The notes under the pieces were generated by a model that ran no database searches, was not told the origin of the DNA, and saw only the letters and a program-made list of their open reading frames with translations. This document shows, piece after piece, positions 35,296-47,745 of a stretch of DNA of 64,000 nucleotides (within the stretch, counting starts at the first letter, position 1; every line of letters begins with the position of its first letter). The stretch is taken from assembly GCF_058153355.1 (NCBI RefSeq), contig NZ_CM177019.1; one strand, 5' to 3'. A program made the position numbers and the translations under genes.

Positions 35296-38219
35296 ATGCC
35301 CCGCAGCACCTGGTTCAAAGCATTATTGTTGTTTGTTGCCCTTTGGGCACCCTTAAGTCAGGCAGAAACGGGATGGCAGCCGATTCAGGAAACCATCCGT
35401 AAAAGTGATAAAGATAACCGCCAGTATCAGGCTATACGTCTGGATAACGGTATGGTGGTTTTGCTGGTTTCTGACCCGCAGGCGGTTAAATCGCTCTCGG
35501 CGCTGGTGGTGCCCGTTGGGTCGCTGGAAGATCCCGAGGCATACCAGGGGCTGGCACATTACCTTGAACATATGAGTCTGATGGGTTCGAAAAAGTACCC
35601 GCAGGCTGACAGTCTGGCTGAATACCTCAAAATGCACGGCGGCAGCCACAATGCCAGCACGGCACCGTATCGCACGGCTTTCTATCTGGAAGTTGAGAAC
35701 GACGCCTTACCCGGTGCGGTAGACCGCCTGGCCGATGCTATTGCTGAACCCTTGCTCGACAAGAAATACGCCGAACGTGAGCGTAATGCGGTGAACGCTG
35801 AATTAACCATGGCGCGTACGCGTGATGGGATGCGCATGGCACAGGTCAGCGCAGAAACCATTAACCCGGCACACCCAGGTTCAAAGTTTTCTGGTGGTAA
35901 CCTCGAAACTTTAAGCGATAAACCCGGCAATCCGGTACAGCAGGCGCTGAAAGATTTCCACGAGAAATATTACTCTGCCAATCTGATGAAGGCGGTTATC
36001 TATAGCAAGAAGCCGCTACCGGAGCTGGCGAAGATGGCTGCTGATACTTTCGGTCGCGTGCCGAACAAAGAGAGCAAAAAACCGGAAATCACTGTGCCGG
36101 TAGTCACCGACGCGCAAAAGGGCATTATCATTCATTACGTCCCGGCGCTGCCGCGTAAAGTTCTGCGCGTTGAGTTTCGCATCGATAACAATTCAGCGAA
36201 GTTCCGTAGTAAAACGGATGAATTGATTACCTATCTGATTGGTAATCGCAGCCCAGGTACACTTTCTGACTGGCTGCAAAAGCAGGGATTAGTTGAGGGC
36301 ATTAGCGCCAATTCCGATCCTATCGTCAACGGCAACAGCGGCGTATTAGCGATCTCTGCGTCTTTAACCGATAAAGGTCTGGCGAATCGCGATCAGGTTG
36401 TGGCGGCCATTTTTAGCTACCTCAATCTGTTACGCGAAAAAGGGATTGATAAACAATACTTCGATGAACTGGCGAATGTGCTGGATATCGACTTTCGTTA
36501 TCCGTCAATCACCCGTGATATGGATTACGTCGAATGGCTGGCAGATACCATGATTCGCGTTCCTGTTGAGCATACGCTGGATGCAGTCAATATTGCCGAT
36601 CGGTACGATGCTAAAGCAGTAAAAGAACGCCTGGCGATGATGACGCCGCAGAATGCGCGTATCTGGTATATCAGCCCGAAAGAGCCGCATAACAAAACGG
36701 CTTATTTTGTCGATGCTCCGTATCAGGTCGATAAAATCAGCCCACAAACTTTCGCTGACTGGCAGAAAAAAGCCGCCCACAAACTTTCGCTGACTGGCAG
36801 AAAAAAGCCGCCAATATTGCGCTCTCCTTACCGGAGCTTAACCCTTATATTCCTGACGATTTCTCGCTGATGAAGTCAGAGAAGAAATACGACCATCCAG
36901 AGTTGATTGTGGATGAGGCGAATCTGCGCGTGGTGTATGCGCCGAGCCGTTATTTTGCCAGCGAGCCTAAAGCCGATGTCAGCCTGATTTTGCGTAACCC
37001 GAAAGCCATGGACAGCGCCCGCAATCAGGTGATGTTTGCGCTTAATGATTATCTTGCCGGACTGGCGCTTGATCAGTTAAGCAACCAGGCGTCGGTTGGT
37101 GGCATAAGTTTTTCCACCAATGCTAACAACGGCCTTATGGTTAATGCCAATGGTTACACCCAGCGCCTGCCGCAGCTGTTCCAGGCTCTGCTGGAGGGCT
37201 ACTTTAGCTATACCGCTACGGAAGAGCAGCTTGAGCAGGCGAAGTCCTGGTATAACCAGATGATGGATTCCGCAGAAAAGGGCAAAGCGTTCGAGCAGGC
37301 GATTATGCCCGCGCAGATGCTCTCGCAAGTGCCGTACTTCTCGCGAGATGAACGGCGCAAAATTTTGCCTTCAATCACTTTGAAAGAGGTGCTGGCCTAT
37401 CGCGACGCCTTAAAATCAGGGGCTCGACCAGAGTTTATGGTTATTGGCAACATGACCGAAGCCCAGGCAACAAAGCTGGCACGCGATGTGCAAAAACAGT
37501 TGGGCGCTGATGGTTCGGAGTGGTGTCGTAACAAAGATGTCGTGGTCGATAAAAAACAATCCGTCATCTTTGAAAAAGCCGGTAACAGCACCGACTCCGC
37601 ACTGGCAGCGGTATTTGTACCGACTGGCTACGATGAATACACCAGCTCAGCCTATAGCTCTCTGCTGGGGCAGATCGTACAGCCGTGGTTCTACAATCAG
37701 TTGCGTACCGAAGAACAGTTGGGCTATGCCGTGTTTGCGTTTCCAATGAGCGTGGGACGTCAGTGGGGCATGGGCTTCCTGTTGCAAAGCAATGATAAAC
37801 AGCCTTCATTCTTGTGGGAGCGTTACAAGGCGTTTTTCCCAACCGCAGAGGCAAAATTGCGGACGATGAAGCCAGAAGAGTTTGCGCAAATCCAGCAGGC
37901 GGTAATAACCCAGATGCTGCAGGCACCGCAAACGCTCGGCGAAGAAGCATCGAAGTTAAGTAAAGATTTCGATCGCGGCAATATGCGCTTCGATTCGCGT
38001 GATAAAATCGTGGCCCAGATAAAACTGCTGACGCCGCAAAAACTTGCTGATTTCTTCCATCAGGCGGTGGTCGAGCCGCAAGGCATGGCTATTCTGTCGC
38101 AGATTTCCGGCAGCCAGAACGGGAAAGCCGAATATGTGCATCCTGAAGGCTGGAAAGTGTGGGAGAACGTCAGCGCGTTGCAGCAAACAATGCCCCTGAT
38201 GAGTGAAAAGAATGAGTGA
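35296..38219 (+). pseudogene. ptrA: Protease III (pitrilysin, M16 family) disrupted by a 35-bp tandem duplication frameshift at 36742-36811
   Basis: Two consecutive ORFs (35296..36870, 36870..38219) together cover Ptr; HxxEH zinc motif (HYLEHM) in the N-terminal part; direct repeat CCACAAACTTTCGCTGACTGGCAGAAAAAAGCCGC occurs twice in tandem. Confidence 0.8.
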
Positions 38220-41200
38220 TGTCGCCGAGACACTAGATCCTTTGCGCTTGCCCTTACAGGGCGAGCGCCTGATTGAAGCCTCTGCCGGCACAGGCAAAAC
38301 CTTTACGATTGCGGCGCTCTATTTGCGCCTGTTACTTGGACTAGGCGGTTCTGCCGCCTTTCCCCGCCCGCTGACCGTTGAAGAACTGCTGGTGGTGACC
38401 TTTACCGAGGCTGCCACGGCAGAATTGCGCGGTCGTATCCGTAGCAATATCCACGAGTTGCGCATCGCCTGTCTGCGTGAAACCACCGACAATCCACTGT
38501 ACGAACGCCTGCTGGAAGAGATCGACGATAAAGCGCAAGCCGCGCAGTGGTTGTTGTTAGCCGAACGGCAGATGGATGAAGCGGCAGTCTTTACTATTCA
38601 CGGTTTTTGCCAGCGCATGCTCAACTTGAATGCCTTTGAATCCGGCATGCTGTTTGAGCAGCAGCTGATTGAAGATGAGTCTCTGCTACGCTACCAGGCC
38701 TGCGCCGATTTCTGGCGTCGCCACTGCTACCCGCTGCCGCGTGAAATTGCCCAGGTGGTCTTTGAAACCTGGAAAGGGCCGCAGGCGTTGCTGCGCGATA
38801 TTAATCGTTATCTGCAAGGCGAAGCACCGGTTATCAAAGCACCGCCGCCCGATGATGAAACGCTGGCTTCCCGCCACGCGCAAATTGTGGCGCGTATTGA
38901 TACGGTAAAACAGCAGTGGCGCGACGCAGTGGGTGAACTGGATGCGCTGATCGAATCTTCTGGTATTGATCGACGCAAGTTTAACCGTAGCAATCAGGCT
39001 AAATGGATCGAGAAGATCAGTGCCTGGGCAGAAGAAGAGACCAACAGTTATCAGTTACCGGAGTCGCTGGAAAAATTCTCTCAGCGTTTCTTAGAAGATC
39101 GCACGAAAGCCGGGGGGGAAACCCCGCGACATCCACTGTTTGAGGCGATCGATCAACTGCTTGCAGAACCATTGTCGATCCGTGATCTGGTGATCACCCG
39201 CGCATTGGCTGAGATCCGCGAAACAGTAGCGCGTGAAAAACGCCGCCGTGGCGAATTGGGTTTTGATGACATGTTAAGTCGGCTCGATTCCGCGCTGCGT
39301 AGCGAAAGCGGCGAGGTGTTGGCAGCGGCGATCCGTACGCGATTCCCGGTGGCAATGATTGATGAATTTCAGGATACCGACCCCCAGCAGTACCGAATAT
39401 TTCGCCGTATCTGGCACCATCAACCGGAAACTGCATTGTTGCTGATTGGCGACCCGAAACAGGCTATATATGCATTCCGTGGAGCGGATATCTTCACTTA
39501 TATGAAGGCGCGTAATGAAGTTCACGCGCACTACACCTTAGACACCAACTGGCGCTCAGCACCTGGAATGGTGAACAGCGTGAATAAGCTTTTCAGCCAG
39601 ACTGATGACGCGTTCATGTTTCGCGAAATACCATTTATTCCAGTGAAATCAGCCGGCAAAAATCAGGCGTTACGTTTTGTATTTAAAGGTGAAACGCAGC
39701 CTGCGATGAAAATGTGGCTGATGGAAGGCGAAAGCTGCGGCGTTGGCGATTATCAAAGTACCATGGCGCAGGTATGTGCTGCGCAAATCCGCGACTGGCT
39801 ACAAGCCGGACAGCGGGGCGAAGCGTTGCTGATGAACGGCGACGACGCGCGTCCGGTGCGTGCTTCGGACATCAGTGTGCTGGTGCGCAGCCGCCAGGAG
39901 GCCGCTCAGGTGCGCGATGCCTTAACGCTGCTGGAAATCCCTTCCGTTTACCTTTCGAACCGCGACAGTGTTTTTGAAACTCTGGAAGCGCAGGAGATGC
40001 TTTGGCTGTTGCAGGCGGTGATGACACCAGAACGTGAGAACACCCTGCGCAGTGCGCTGGCAACGTCAATGATGGGGCTGAATGCGCTGGATATTGAAAC
40101 GCTGAATAATGACGAACATGCGTGGGATGCGGTAGTCGAAGAGTTCGATGGTTATCGGCAAATCTGGCGCAAACGTGGCGTTATGCCGATGCTGCGGGCG
40201 CTGATGTCGGCGCGTAACATTGCAGAAAACTTGCTGGCAACAGCAGGCGGTGAGCGGCGTCTTACCGATATCTTGCATATCAGCGAATTGCTACAAGAAG
40301 CCGGAACGCAGCTGGAAAGTGAACATGCGCTGGTACGCTGGTTATCGCAACATATCCTCGAGCCAGACAGTAATGCCTCCAGCCAACAAATGCGTCTCGA
40401 AAGTGATAAACATCTGGTGCAGATTGTCACGATCCACAAATCGAAAGGGCTGGAATATCCATTGGTCTGGCTGCCGTTTATCACCAATTTCCGCGTCCAG
40501 GATCAGGCGTTTTATCACGATCGCCACTCGTTTGAGGCTGTTCTGGATCTTAATGCTGCGCCAGAAAGCGTCGACCTCGCGGAGGCCGAACGTCTGGCGG
40601 AAGATCTGCGTTTGCTTTACGTGGCGCTGACGCGTTCGGTTTGGCATTGCAGTCTCGGCGTTGCACCGCTGGTGCGCCGTCGTGGCGATAAAAAAGGTGA
40701 CACCGACGTCCACCAAAGTGCGCTCGGGCGTTTGCTGCAAAAAGGGGAACCGCAAGATGCGGCAGGGCTTCGCACCTGTATTGAAGCGTTATGCGATGAT
40801 GATATTGCCTGGCAAACGGCACAAACTGGTGATAACCAGCCCTGGCAGGTTAATGATGCTTTAACTGCAGAACTGAATGCGAGGACGCTACAACGATTGC
40901 CCGGCGATAACTGGCGTGTCACCAGCTACTCCGGTTTGCAGCAGCGTGGTCACGGTATCGCTCAGGATCTGATGCCACGGCTGGATGTTGATGCCGCAGG
41001 CGTGGTCAGCGTCGTTGAAGAACCGACGTTAACACCGCATCAGTTCCCGCGTGGTGCGTCACCAGGGACGTTTTTGCACAGTTTGTTTGAAGACCTCGAT
41101 TTTACCCAGCCGGTTGACCCGAACTGGGTACAGGAAAAACTGGAACTCGGCGGCTTTGAATCGCAGTGGGAACCAGTGTTGACCGAGTGGATCACGGCTG

Positions 41201-41754
41201 TCCTCCAGGCACCTCTCAATGAAACGGGTGTTAGCCTGAATCAGCTTTCCGACCGCGATAAACAGGTGGAGATGGAGTTTTACCTGCCGATTAGTGAACC
41301 GCTCATCGCCAGCCAGCTTGATGCACTAATTCGCCAGTTTGATCCGCTATCCGCTGGCTGCCCGCCGCTGGAGTTCATGCAGGTACGCGGCATGTTAAAA
41401 GGCTTTATCGACCTGGTATTCCGCCACGAAGGGCGTTATTACCTGCTCGACTATAAATCCAACTGGCTGGGTGAAGACAGTTCGGCTTATACCCAACAGG
41501 CTATGGCAGCGGCGATGCAGGCACACCGCTATGATCTGCAATATCAGCTTTATACCCTGGCGCTGCATCGTTATCTGCGCCATCGCATTGCTGATTACGA
41601 CTATGATCGTCACTTTGGCGGCGTTATCTATCTGTTCCTGCGTGGCGTTGATAAAGAACATCCGCAACAAGGGATTTACACAACCCGACCCAACGCCGGG
41701 TTGATTGACCTGATGGATGAGATGTTTGCCGGTATGACCCTGGAGGAGGCGTAA
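38212..41754 (+). CDS. recB: Exodeoxyribonuclease V beta subunit RecB (helicase-nuclease)
   Basis: [30 protein letters not shown]… Walker A; ~1180 aa. Confidence 0.95.
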   Translation: MSDVAETLDPLRLPLQGERLIEASAGTGKTFTIAALYLRLLLGLGGSAAFPRPLTVEELLVVTFTEAATAELRGRIRSNIHELRIACLRETTDNPLYERLLEEIDDKAQAAQWLLLAERQMDEAAVFTIHGFCQRMLNLNAFESGMLFEQQLIEDESLLRYQACADFWRRHCYPLPREIAQVVFETWKGPQALLRDINRYLQGEAPVIKAPPPDDETLASRHAQIVARIDTVKQQWRDAVGELDALIESSGIDRRKFNRSNQAKWIEKISAWAEEETNSYQLPESLEKFSQRFLEDRTKAGGETPRHPLFEAIDQLLAEPLSIRDLVITRALAEIRETVAREKRRRGELGFDDMLSRLDSALRSESGEVLAAAIRTRFPVAMIDEFQDTDPQQYRIFRRIWHHQPETALLLIGDPKQAIYAFRGADIFTYMKARNEVHAHYTLDTNWRSAPGMVNSVNKLFSQTDDAFMFREIPFIPVKSAGKNQALRFVFKGETQPAMKMWLMEGESCGVGDYQSTMAQVCAAQIRDWLQAGQRGEALLMNGDDARPVRASDISVLVRSRQEAAQVRDALTLLEIPSVYLSNRDSVFETLEAQEMLWLLQAVMTPERENTLRSALATSMMGLNALDIETLNNDEHAWDAVVEEFDGYRQIWRKRGVMPMLRALMSARNIAENLLATAGGERRLTDILHISELLQEAGTQLESEHALVRWLSQHILEPDSNASSQQMRLESDKHLVQIVTIHKSKGLEYPLVWLPFITNFRVQDQAFYHDRHSFEAVLDLNAAPESVDLAEAERLAEDLRLLYVALTRSVWHCSLGVAPLVRRRGDKKGDTDVHQSALGRLLQKGEPQDAAGLRTCIEALCDDDIAWQTAQTGDNQPWQVNDALTAELNARTLQRLPGDNWRVTSYSGLQQRGHGIAQDLMPRLDVDAAGVVSVVEEPTLTPHQFPRGASPGTFLHSLFEDLDFTQPVDPNWVQEKLELGGFESQWEPVLTEWITAVLQAPLNETGVSLNQLSDRDKQVEMEFYLPISEPLIASQLDALIRQFDPLSAGCPPLEFMQVRGMLKGFIDLVFRHEGRYYLLDYKSNWLGEDSSAYTQQAMAAAMQAHRYDLQYQLYTLALHRYLRHRIADYDYDRHFGGVIYLFLRGVDKEHPQQGIYTTRPNAGLIDLMDEMFAGMTLEEA

Positions 41755-43580
41755 TGAAATTGCAAAAGCAATTACTGGAAGCTGTGGAGCACAAACAGCT
41801 ACGCCCGCTGGATGTGCAATTTGCCCTGACCGTGGCGGGAGATGAACATCCTGCCGTCACCCTCGCGGCAGCCCTGTTAAGCCACGACGCCGGGGAAGGG
41901 CATGTCTGTTTACCGCTCTCACGACTGGAAAATAACGAGGAGTCACATCCGCTGTTAGCAACCTGCGTCAGCGAAATTGGTGAGTTACAAAATTGGGAAG
42001 AATGCTTGCTGGCTTCACAAGCGGTCAGCCGGGGAGATGAACCAACGCCGATGATCCTCTGTGGTGATCGTCTTTATTTGAATCGCATGTGGTGTAACGA
42101 GCGCACAGTGGCACGCTTTTTCAACGAAGTGAATCATGCCATTGAGGTTGATGAAGCTCTACTGGCGCAAACCCTGGACAAACTTTTTCCAGTAAGCGAT
42201 GAAATTAACTGGCAAAAAGTGGCGGCGGCAGTGGCGCTGACGCGGCGGATCTCGGTGATTTCCGGCGGCCCTGGCACCGGTAAAACGACCACCGTAGCGA
42301 AGTTGCTGGCAGCGTTAATTCAAATGGCAGACGGCGAACGCTGCCGTATCCGTCTGGCTGCACCAACGGGTAAAGCTGCCGCGCGCTTAACCGAATCTCT
42401 CGGCAAGGCTTTGCGCCAGTTACCGCTGACCGATGAACAAAAGAAACGCATTCCGGAAGATGCCAGCACTTTGCACCGATTGCTGGGTGCGCAGCCGGGT
42501 AGCCAGCGTTTACGTCATCATGCCGGTAACCCGCTGCATCTTGATGTGCTGGTGGTAGATGAAGCGTCAATGATCGATCTGCCTATGATGTCGAGACTGA
42601 TCGACGCCTTGCCCGATCATGCGCGAGTGATCTTTCTCGGCGATCGTGATCAACTGGCCTCGGTTGAGGCTGGGGCTGTGCTGGGCGATATCTGCGCTTA
42701 TGCCAACGCGGGCTTTACCGCCGAGCGTGCCGGGCAGTTGAGCCGCCTGACGGGAACTCACGTTCCGTCAGGAACTGGCACAGAAGCGGCATCTTTGCGC
42801 GACAGTCTCTGCCTGCTGCAAAAAAGCTATCGTTTCGGCAGCGATTCTGGCATTGGTCAGTTAGCTGCGGCGATCAACCGTGGTGATAAAACGGCAGTGA
42901 AAACCGTTTTTCAGCAGGATTTTACTGATATCGAAAAACGGCTTTTACAGAGCGGCGAAGACTATATTGCGATGCTTGAGGAGGCTCTTGCGGGTTACGG
43001 GCGTTATCTGGATCTGCTGCAAGCGCGTGCCGAGCCGGATTTAATCATTCAGGCGTTCAATGAATACCAGCTTTTGTGCGCCCTGCGGGAAGGGCCGTTT
43101 GGCGTGGCTGGATTGAATGAGCGAATTGAGCAGTTTATGCAACAGAAGCGCAAAATTCATCGTCATCCGCACTCACGCTGGTACGAAGGCCGGCCGGTAA
43201 TGATTGCCCGCAATGACAGCGCGCTTGGGTTGTTTAATGGTGATATCGGCATTGCGCTGGATCGTGGGCAGGGGACGCGCGTCTGGTTTGCGATGCCGGA
43301 TGGCAATATTAAGTCTGTGCAACCGAGCCGCCTGCCAGAACACGAAACCACGTGGGCGATGACGGTACATAAATCGCAGGGATCGGAGTTTGACCATGCG
43401 GCGTTGATTTTACCGAGCCAACGCACGCCAGTTGTAACGCGAGAGCTGGTTTACACTGCGGTGACCCGCGCGCGTCGCCGTCTGTCGTTGTATGCCGATG
43501 AGCGCATATTAAGTGCGGCAATCGCCACTCGTACTGAGCGGCGCAGTGGTCTGGCGGCGTTGTTTAGTTCGCGGGAATAA
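41754..43580 (+). CDS. recD: Exodeoxyribonuclease V alpha subunit RecD
   Basis: 608-aa ORF with Walker A ([10 protein letters not shown]). Confidence 0.95.
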   Translation: MKLQKQLLEAVEHKQLRPLDVQFALTVAGDEHPAVTLAAALLSHDAGEGHVCLPLSRLENNEESHPLLATCVSEIGELQNWEECLLASQAVSRGDEPTPMILCGDRLYLNRMWCNERTVARFFNEVNHAIEVDEALLAQTLDKLFPVSDEINWQKVAAAVALTRRISVISGGPGTGKTTTVAKLLAALIQMADGERCRIRLAAPTGKAAARLTESLGKALRQLPLTDEQKKRIPEDASTLHRLLGAQPGSQRLRHHAGNPLHLDVLVVDEASMIDLPMMSRLIDALPDHARVIFLGDRDQLASVEAGAVLGDICAYANAGFTAERAGQLSRLTGTHVPSGTGTEAASLRDSLCLLQKSYRFGSDSGIGQLAAAINRGDKTAVKTVFQQDFTDIEKRLLQSGEDYIAMLEEALAGYGRYLDLLQARAEPDLIIQAFNEYQLLCALREGPFGVAGLNERIEQFMQQKRKIHRHPHSRWYEGRPVMIARNDSALGLFNGDIGIALDRGQGTRVWFAMPDGNIKSVQPSRLPEHETTWAMTVHKSQGSEFDHAALILPSQRTPVVTRELVYTAVTRARRRLSLYADERILSAAIATRTERRSGLAALFSSRE

Positions 43581-43816
<236 letters not shown>

Positions 43817-45148
43817 TTACCCCAAATCCGCCATCAACACTTTGGATTTACGCTGGTAGTTGTACAACTGCTTTTTGCTCTCGGGCAGTAAATCAATATC
43901 CACCGGGGTAAATCCACGTTCCTGGAACCAGTGAATACTGCGCGTGGTCAGTACAAACAATTTGCTTAATCCGCTTTGCTTCGCCTGAGCGGCAATGCGC
44001 TCCAGCAAAACCTCGCCCCTTGATGAGCTGCGGTAATCCGGGTGAACGGCCACACAGGCCATTTCCCCAATCTTCTCTTCCGGGAACGGATAGAGTGCTG
44101 CGCAGGCAATAGTCGTGTTATCGCGCTGAATAATAGTGAATTTGTCGATTTCCATCTCCAGTTGCTCGCGAGAACGGCGTACCAGAATACCTTGCTGCTC
44201 CAGTGGGCGAATCAACTCCAGAATGCCGCCAATATCGTTGATGGTTGCGCGACGAATTTGCTCGGCGCTTTCCATCACAATCTGCGTACCGATACCGTCA
44301 CGTGAGAACAACTCTTGCAACAGCGCGCCATCTTCCTGGTAACTAATTAAATGACAGCGACGTACGCCGCTGCGGCAGGCTTTCACCGCACCACGCAAAA
44401 AGCGCACCGTACCGGAGTTGTAATCGCCTTTCTCTTCCTGAGCTTCTACCCGTGCTTGTGCTTCGTTAGGGAAAAGCTCGGAGACAATATCGCCGTCGTC
44501 ATTAGTGACGCCCTGTGAAGAGCAAAAACCAATCATCTTTTCAGCTTTCAGTTTGATGGCCAGTTGAGTGGCGATCTCTTCCGAGGTCAGATTAAAGCTC
44601 TCGCCAGTGACTGAAACCGCGACCGGCCCCAGCAGCACTATCGCACCGCTGTCCAGTTGACGATGAATCGCATCTTCGTCAATCCGCCGGATACGCCCGC
44701 TATGGCAGTAATCCACACCGTCATCCACGCCCAGCGGCTGGGCAATAATAAAATTGCCACTGACGACGTTGATATGCGCGCCCTGCAGCGGCGTGTTATT
44801 GAGACTCATCGACAGGCGAGCAGTAATATCCAGTTGCAATGTTCCCGCAGCCTGCTTCACCAGTTCTAGTGTTTTGGCGTCGGTCACGCGTATATTTTTG
44901 TGATATAGCGGTTCGTGGTGATGCGCTGCCAGATTCGCATCGATCTGCGGGCGCGCTCCATAGACCACGACCAGACGGATGCCGAGGCTGTGCAGCAACC
45001 CGATATCATTAACGATACTGGAGAAATTCTCATGCTCAATGGCTTCACCGCCGAGCATGATGACAAACGTTTTTCCCCGGTGGGTATTGATATAAGGAAC
45101 CGAATGGCGGAATCCCTCGACCAACTCGGTTTTACGTTCCTTCACCAC
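43817..45148 (-). CDS. argA: N-acetylglutamate synthase (GTG start assumed)
   Basis: ORF 43817..45220; body matches ArgA (…[35 protein letters not shown]…); 443-aa product if started at the Val codon. Confidence 0.9.
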   Translation of the reverse strand: MVKERKTELVEGFRHSVPYINTHRGKTFVIMLGGEAIEHENFSSIVNDIGLLHSLGIRLVVVYGARPQIDANLAAHHHEPLYHKNIRVTDAKTLELVKQAAGTLQLDITARLSMSLNNTPLQGAHINVVSGNFIIAQPLGVDDGVDYCHSGRIRRIDEDAIHRQLDSGAIVLLGPVAVSVTGESFNLTSEEIATQLAIKLKAEKMIGFCSSQGVTNDDGDIVSELFPNEAQARVEAQEEKGDYNSGTVRFLRGAVKACRSGVRRCHLISYQEDGALLQELFSRDGIGTQIVMESAEQIRRATINDIGGILELIRPLEQQGILVRRSREQLEMEIDKFTIIQRDNTTIACAALYPFPEEKIGEMACVAVHPDYRSSSRGEVLLERIAAQAKQSGLSKLFVLTTRSIHWFQERGFTPVDIDLLPESKKQLYNYQRKSKVLMADLG

Positions 45149-45378
45149 GGCACACCTCTTTGCATGATTATTCGTAATTATTGTATTTTTATTCTGTTTT
45201 TTCACTGGGTGCAAGTGCAAATTTTACGCATGAGCAACTTTTTTATCAGTAATGCCGTGAATATAAAAAGAATGTTTACCGTTTATTAGATGACAGATTA
45301 TGCGTCTTTCGCTAAAGTTTCCGGTCAAATTAGTCGTTTATTTGTTACACAGCTTAGATTTTTTTGCTCGGGAGATGC

Positions 45379-46632
45379 ATGTCGGGATCCAACACAGCAA
45401 TCAGCCGTCGTCGTTTACTGCAAGGCGCGGGTGCCATGTGGCTATTGAGCGTAAGTCAGGTCAGTCTGGCTGCGGTCAGCCAGGTCGTGGCGGTGCGCGT
45501 CTGGCCTGCGTCCAGCTACACCCGTGTGACGGTAGAATCTAATCGTCAGCTGAAATATAAGCAGTTCGCGTTGAGTAACCCTGAACGCGTGGTGGTGGAT
45601 ATCGAAGATGTAAACCTGAACTCAGTGCTCAAGGGGATGGCGGCACAAATTCGTGCTGATGACCCGTTCATCAAGTCGGCGCGCGTCGGGCAGTTTGACC
45701 CGCAAACCGTGCGGATGGTTTTTGAGTTAAAGCAAAACGTAAAACCGCAGCTGTTTGCCCTTGCTCCGGTCGCCGGGTTTAAAGAGCGTCTGGTGATGGA
45801 TCTCTATCCTGCCAATGCTCAGGACATGCAGGACCCGCTGCTGGCGCTGCTGGAGGATTACAATAAAGGCGATCTCGAAAAGCAGGTGCCGCCTGCGCAG
45901 AGTGGCCCGCAGCCAGGCAAAGCAGGGCGCGATCGTCCGATTGTCATTATGCTTGACCCTGGCCATGGCGGCGAAGACTCCGGTGCGGTGGGGAAATACA
46001 AAACGCGTGAAAAAGACGTGGTATTGCAAATTGCCCGCCGTTTGCGCTCTCTGATTGAGAAAGAGGGCAATATGAAAGTTTACATGACCCGTAATGAAGA
46101 CATCTTCATTCCGTTGCAAGTGCGCGTAGCAAAAGCACAGAAACAGCGTGCTGACTTGTTTGTCTCTATTCATGCCGATGCCTTTACCAGTCGCCAGCCG
46201 AGCGGTTCCTCTGTGTTTGCGCTCTCTACCAAAGGTGCAACCAGTACCGCGGCAAAATATCTGGCGCAAACTCAGAACGCCTCGGACTTGATTGGTGGCG
46301 TGAGTAAGAGCGGCGACCGTTATGTCGACCATACTATGTTCGATATGGTGCAGTCGCTGACCATTGCCGACAGTCTGAAGTTTGGTAAAGCTGTGTTGAA
46401 TAAGCTCGGTAAAATCAACAAGCTGCATAAAAATCAGGTTGAACAAGCCGGGTTTGCCGTGCTGAAAGCGCCTGATATACCCTCCATTTTGGTCGAAACG
46501 GCGTTTATCAGTAACGTTGAGGAAGAACGTAAACTGAAAACGGCAACCTTCCAGCAGGAAGTTGCGGAATCAATCCTCGCAGGGATAAAAGCGTATTTTG
46601 CCGATGGGGCGACGCTGGCGAGAAGGGGATAA
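45379..46632 (+). CDS. amiC: N-acetylmuramoyl-L-alanine amidase AmiC (Tat signal)
   Basis: [23 protein letters not shown]… twin-arginine signal; amidase_3 domain. Confidence 0.92.
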
Positions 46633-46804
46633 TGTTTTTATTTATTCAATGAATTTATATTTCGTTGAATAGATAATATTTACCTGAATATTAGACGTTG
46701 GTTTTGTGACTGATGTCGAATATTTGAATGTCGGCTTGAAAAATAAGCCGACCATCTCTTTAATTAAGCACAATTCCGTGTAATGTATATGCATTAGTTA
46801 ATCA

Positions 46805-46879
46805 TCTTGTAACTGTTAAATCAGGCAAGGCAATGTTTGAAGTAATTATTACTTCTGACGTGCCTTGCCTTTTTTTTTG
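46805..46879 (+). promoter_or_regulatory. Putative RAT (ribonucleic antiterminator)-like element overlapping an intrinsic terminator, leader of the accessory PTS operon
   Basis: TCTTGTAACTGTTAAATCAGGCAAGGC resembles BglG/LicT RAT consensus (GGATTGTTACTG…GCAGGCAAAACC); overlapping hairpin AGGCAAGGCA…TGCCTTGCCT followed by T9. Confidence 0.55.
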
Positions 46880-46889
46880 GAGCTATGGA

Positions 46890-47714
46890 ATGATCATCGA
46901 AAAAGTCATGAACAATAATTGTGTACAGGCATCGATGAATGGACAGGAGGTTATCATTTCTGGGCCTGGCGTCGGTTACAACAAAAAATATGGAATGTCG
47001 GTCCCTGAGCATCCGGCTAACCGGATTTTTTATGTCAGAAATGAACAAAAAAATAAACTCTACAAATTGATTGAACATGTGGATATTGAGTATGTTTTTG
47101 TTGCCGAAAAAATAGTGCAATATGCGGAGAACAATCTCGAAAAAAATCTCAATCCATCGCTACTATTGATTCTTGCTGATCATATTTCGAATGCAATATC
47201 CCGAGTCGCTTCAGGCATACAAATTAATAATGTTTTCCTTGATGAAATCAAAGCGTTGTACAAAGCAGAGTATGCGATAAGTCGCGATGCATTAACTATC
47301 ATTAATGAGCAATTCAGCGTTCAACTTCCTGATGATGAGATTGGTTTTATAGCATTGCATATTTTAAATAATTATGAAAATTCAGTTGATTATGAATCAG
47401 TACGGATTATTGAGTTGTCGCAAATAATCACGGGGCTTATTGAAGTTGTTTATAACAGAAAGGTGGACAGAAGTTCATTTAATTATTCCAGGTTCATGAT
47501 ACACCTTAAATATTTTTCAAGTCGCGTATTATGCAATGAAAAAATAAAACAGAAAGATATTGGTGATCTCTATGAACAGTTTCTTGAGAAAGACATTCTG
47601 TTACAGCGCGCAATTCATGAAATTGAAAGGTATTTGTACGCCACTTTTAAATATGAATTGATTTTGGAAGAAAAACTATATCTCTCTATTCGCACCAAAG
47701 TATTAATGGACTAA
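46890..47714 (+). CDS. BglG/LicT-family transcription antiterminator (CAT RNA-binding domain + PRD domains)
   Basis: ORF 46833..47714; start placed at ATG 46890 with GGAG 8 nt upstream; N-terminal CAT-like region (MIIEKVMNNNCVQASMNGQEVIISGPGVGY…) and PRD-like segments; AT-rich. Confidence 0.75.
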   Translation: MIIEKVMNNNCVQASMNGQEVIISGPGVGYNKKYGMSVPEHPANRIFYVRNEQKNKLYKLIEHVDIEYVFVAEKIVQYAENNLEKNLNPSLLLILADHISNAISRVASGIQINNVFLDEIKALYKAEYAISRDALTIINEQFSVQLPDDEIGFIALHILNNYENSVDYESVRIIELSQIITGLIEVVYNRKVDRSSFNYSRFMIHLKYFSSRVLCNEKIKQKDIGDLYEQFLEKDILLQRAIHEIERYLYATFKYELILEEKLYLSIRTKVLMD

Positions 47715-47745
47715 TTATATATAACATTTATATGAGATAACCCGC

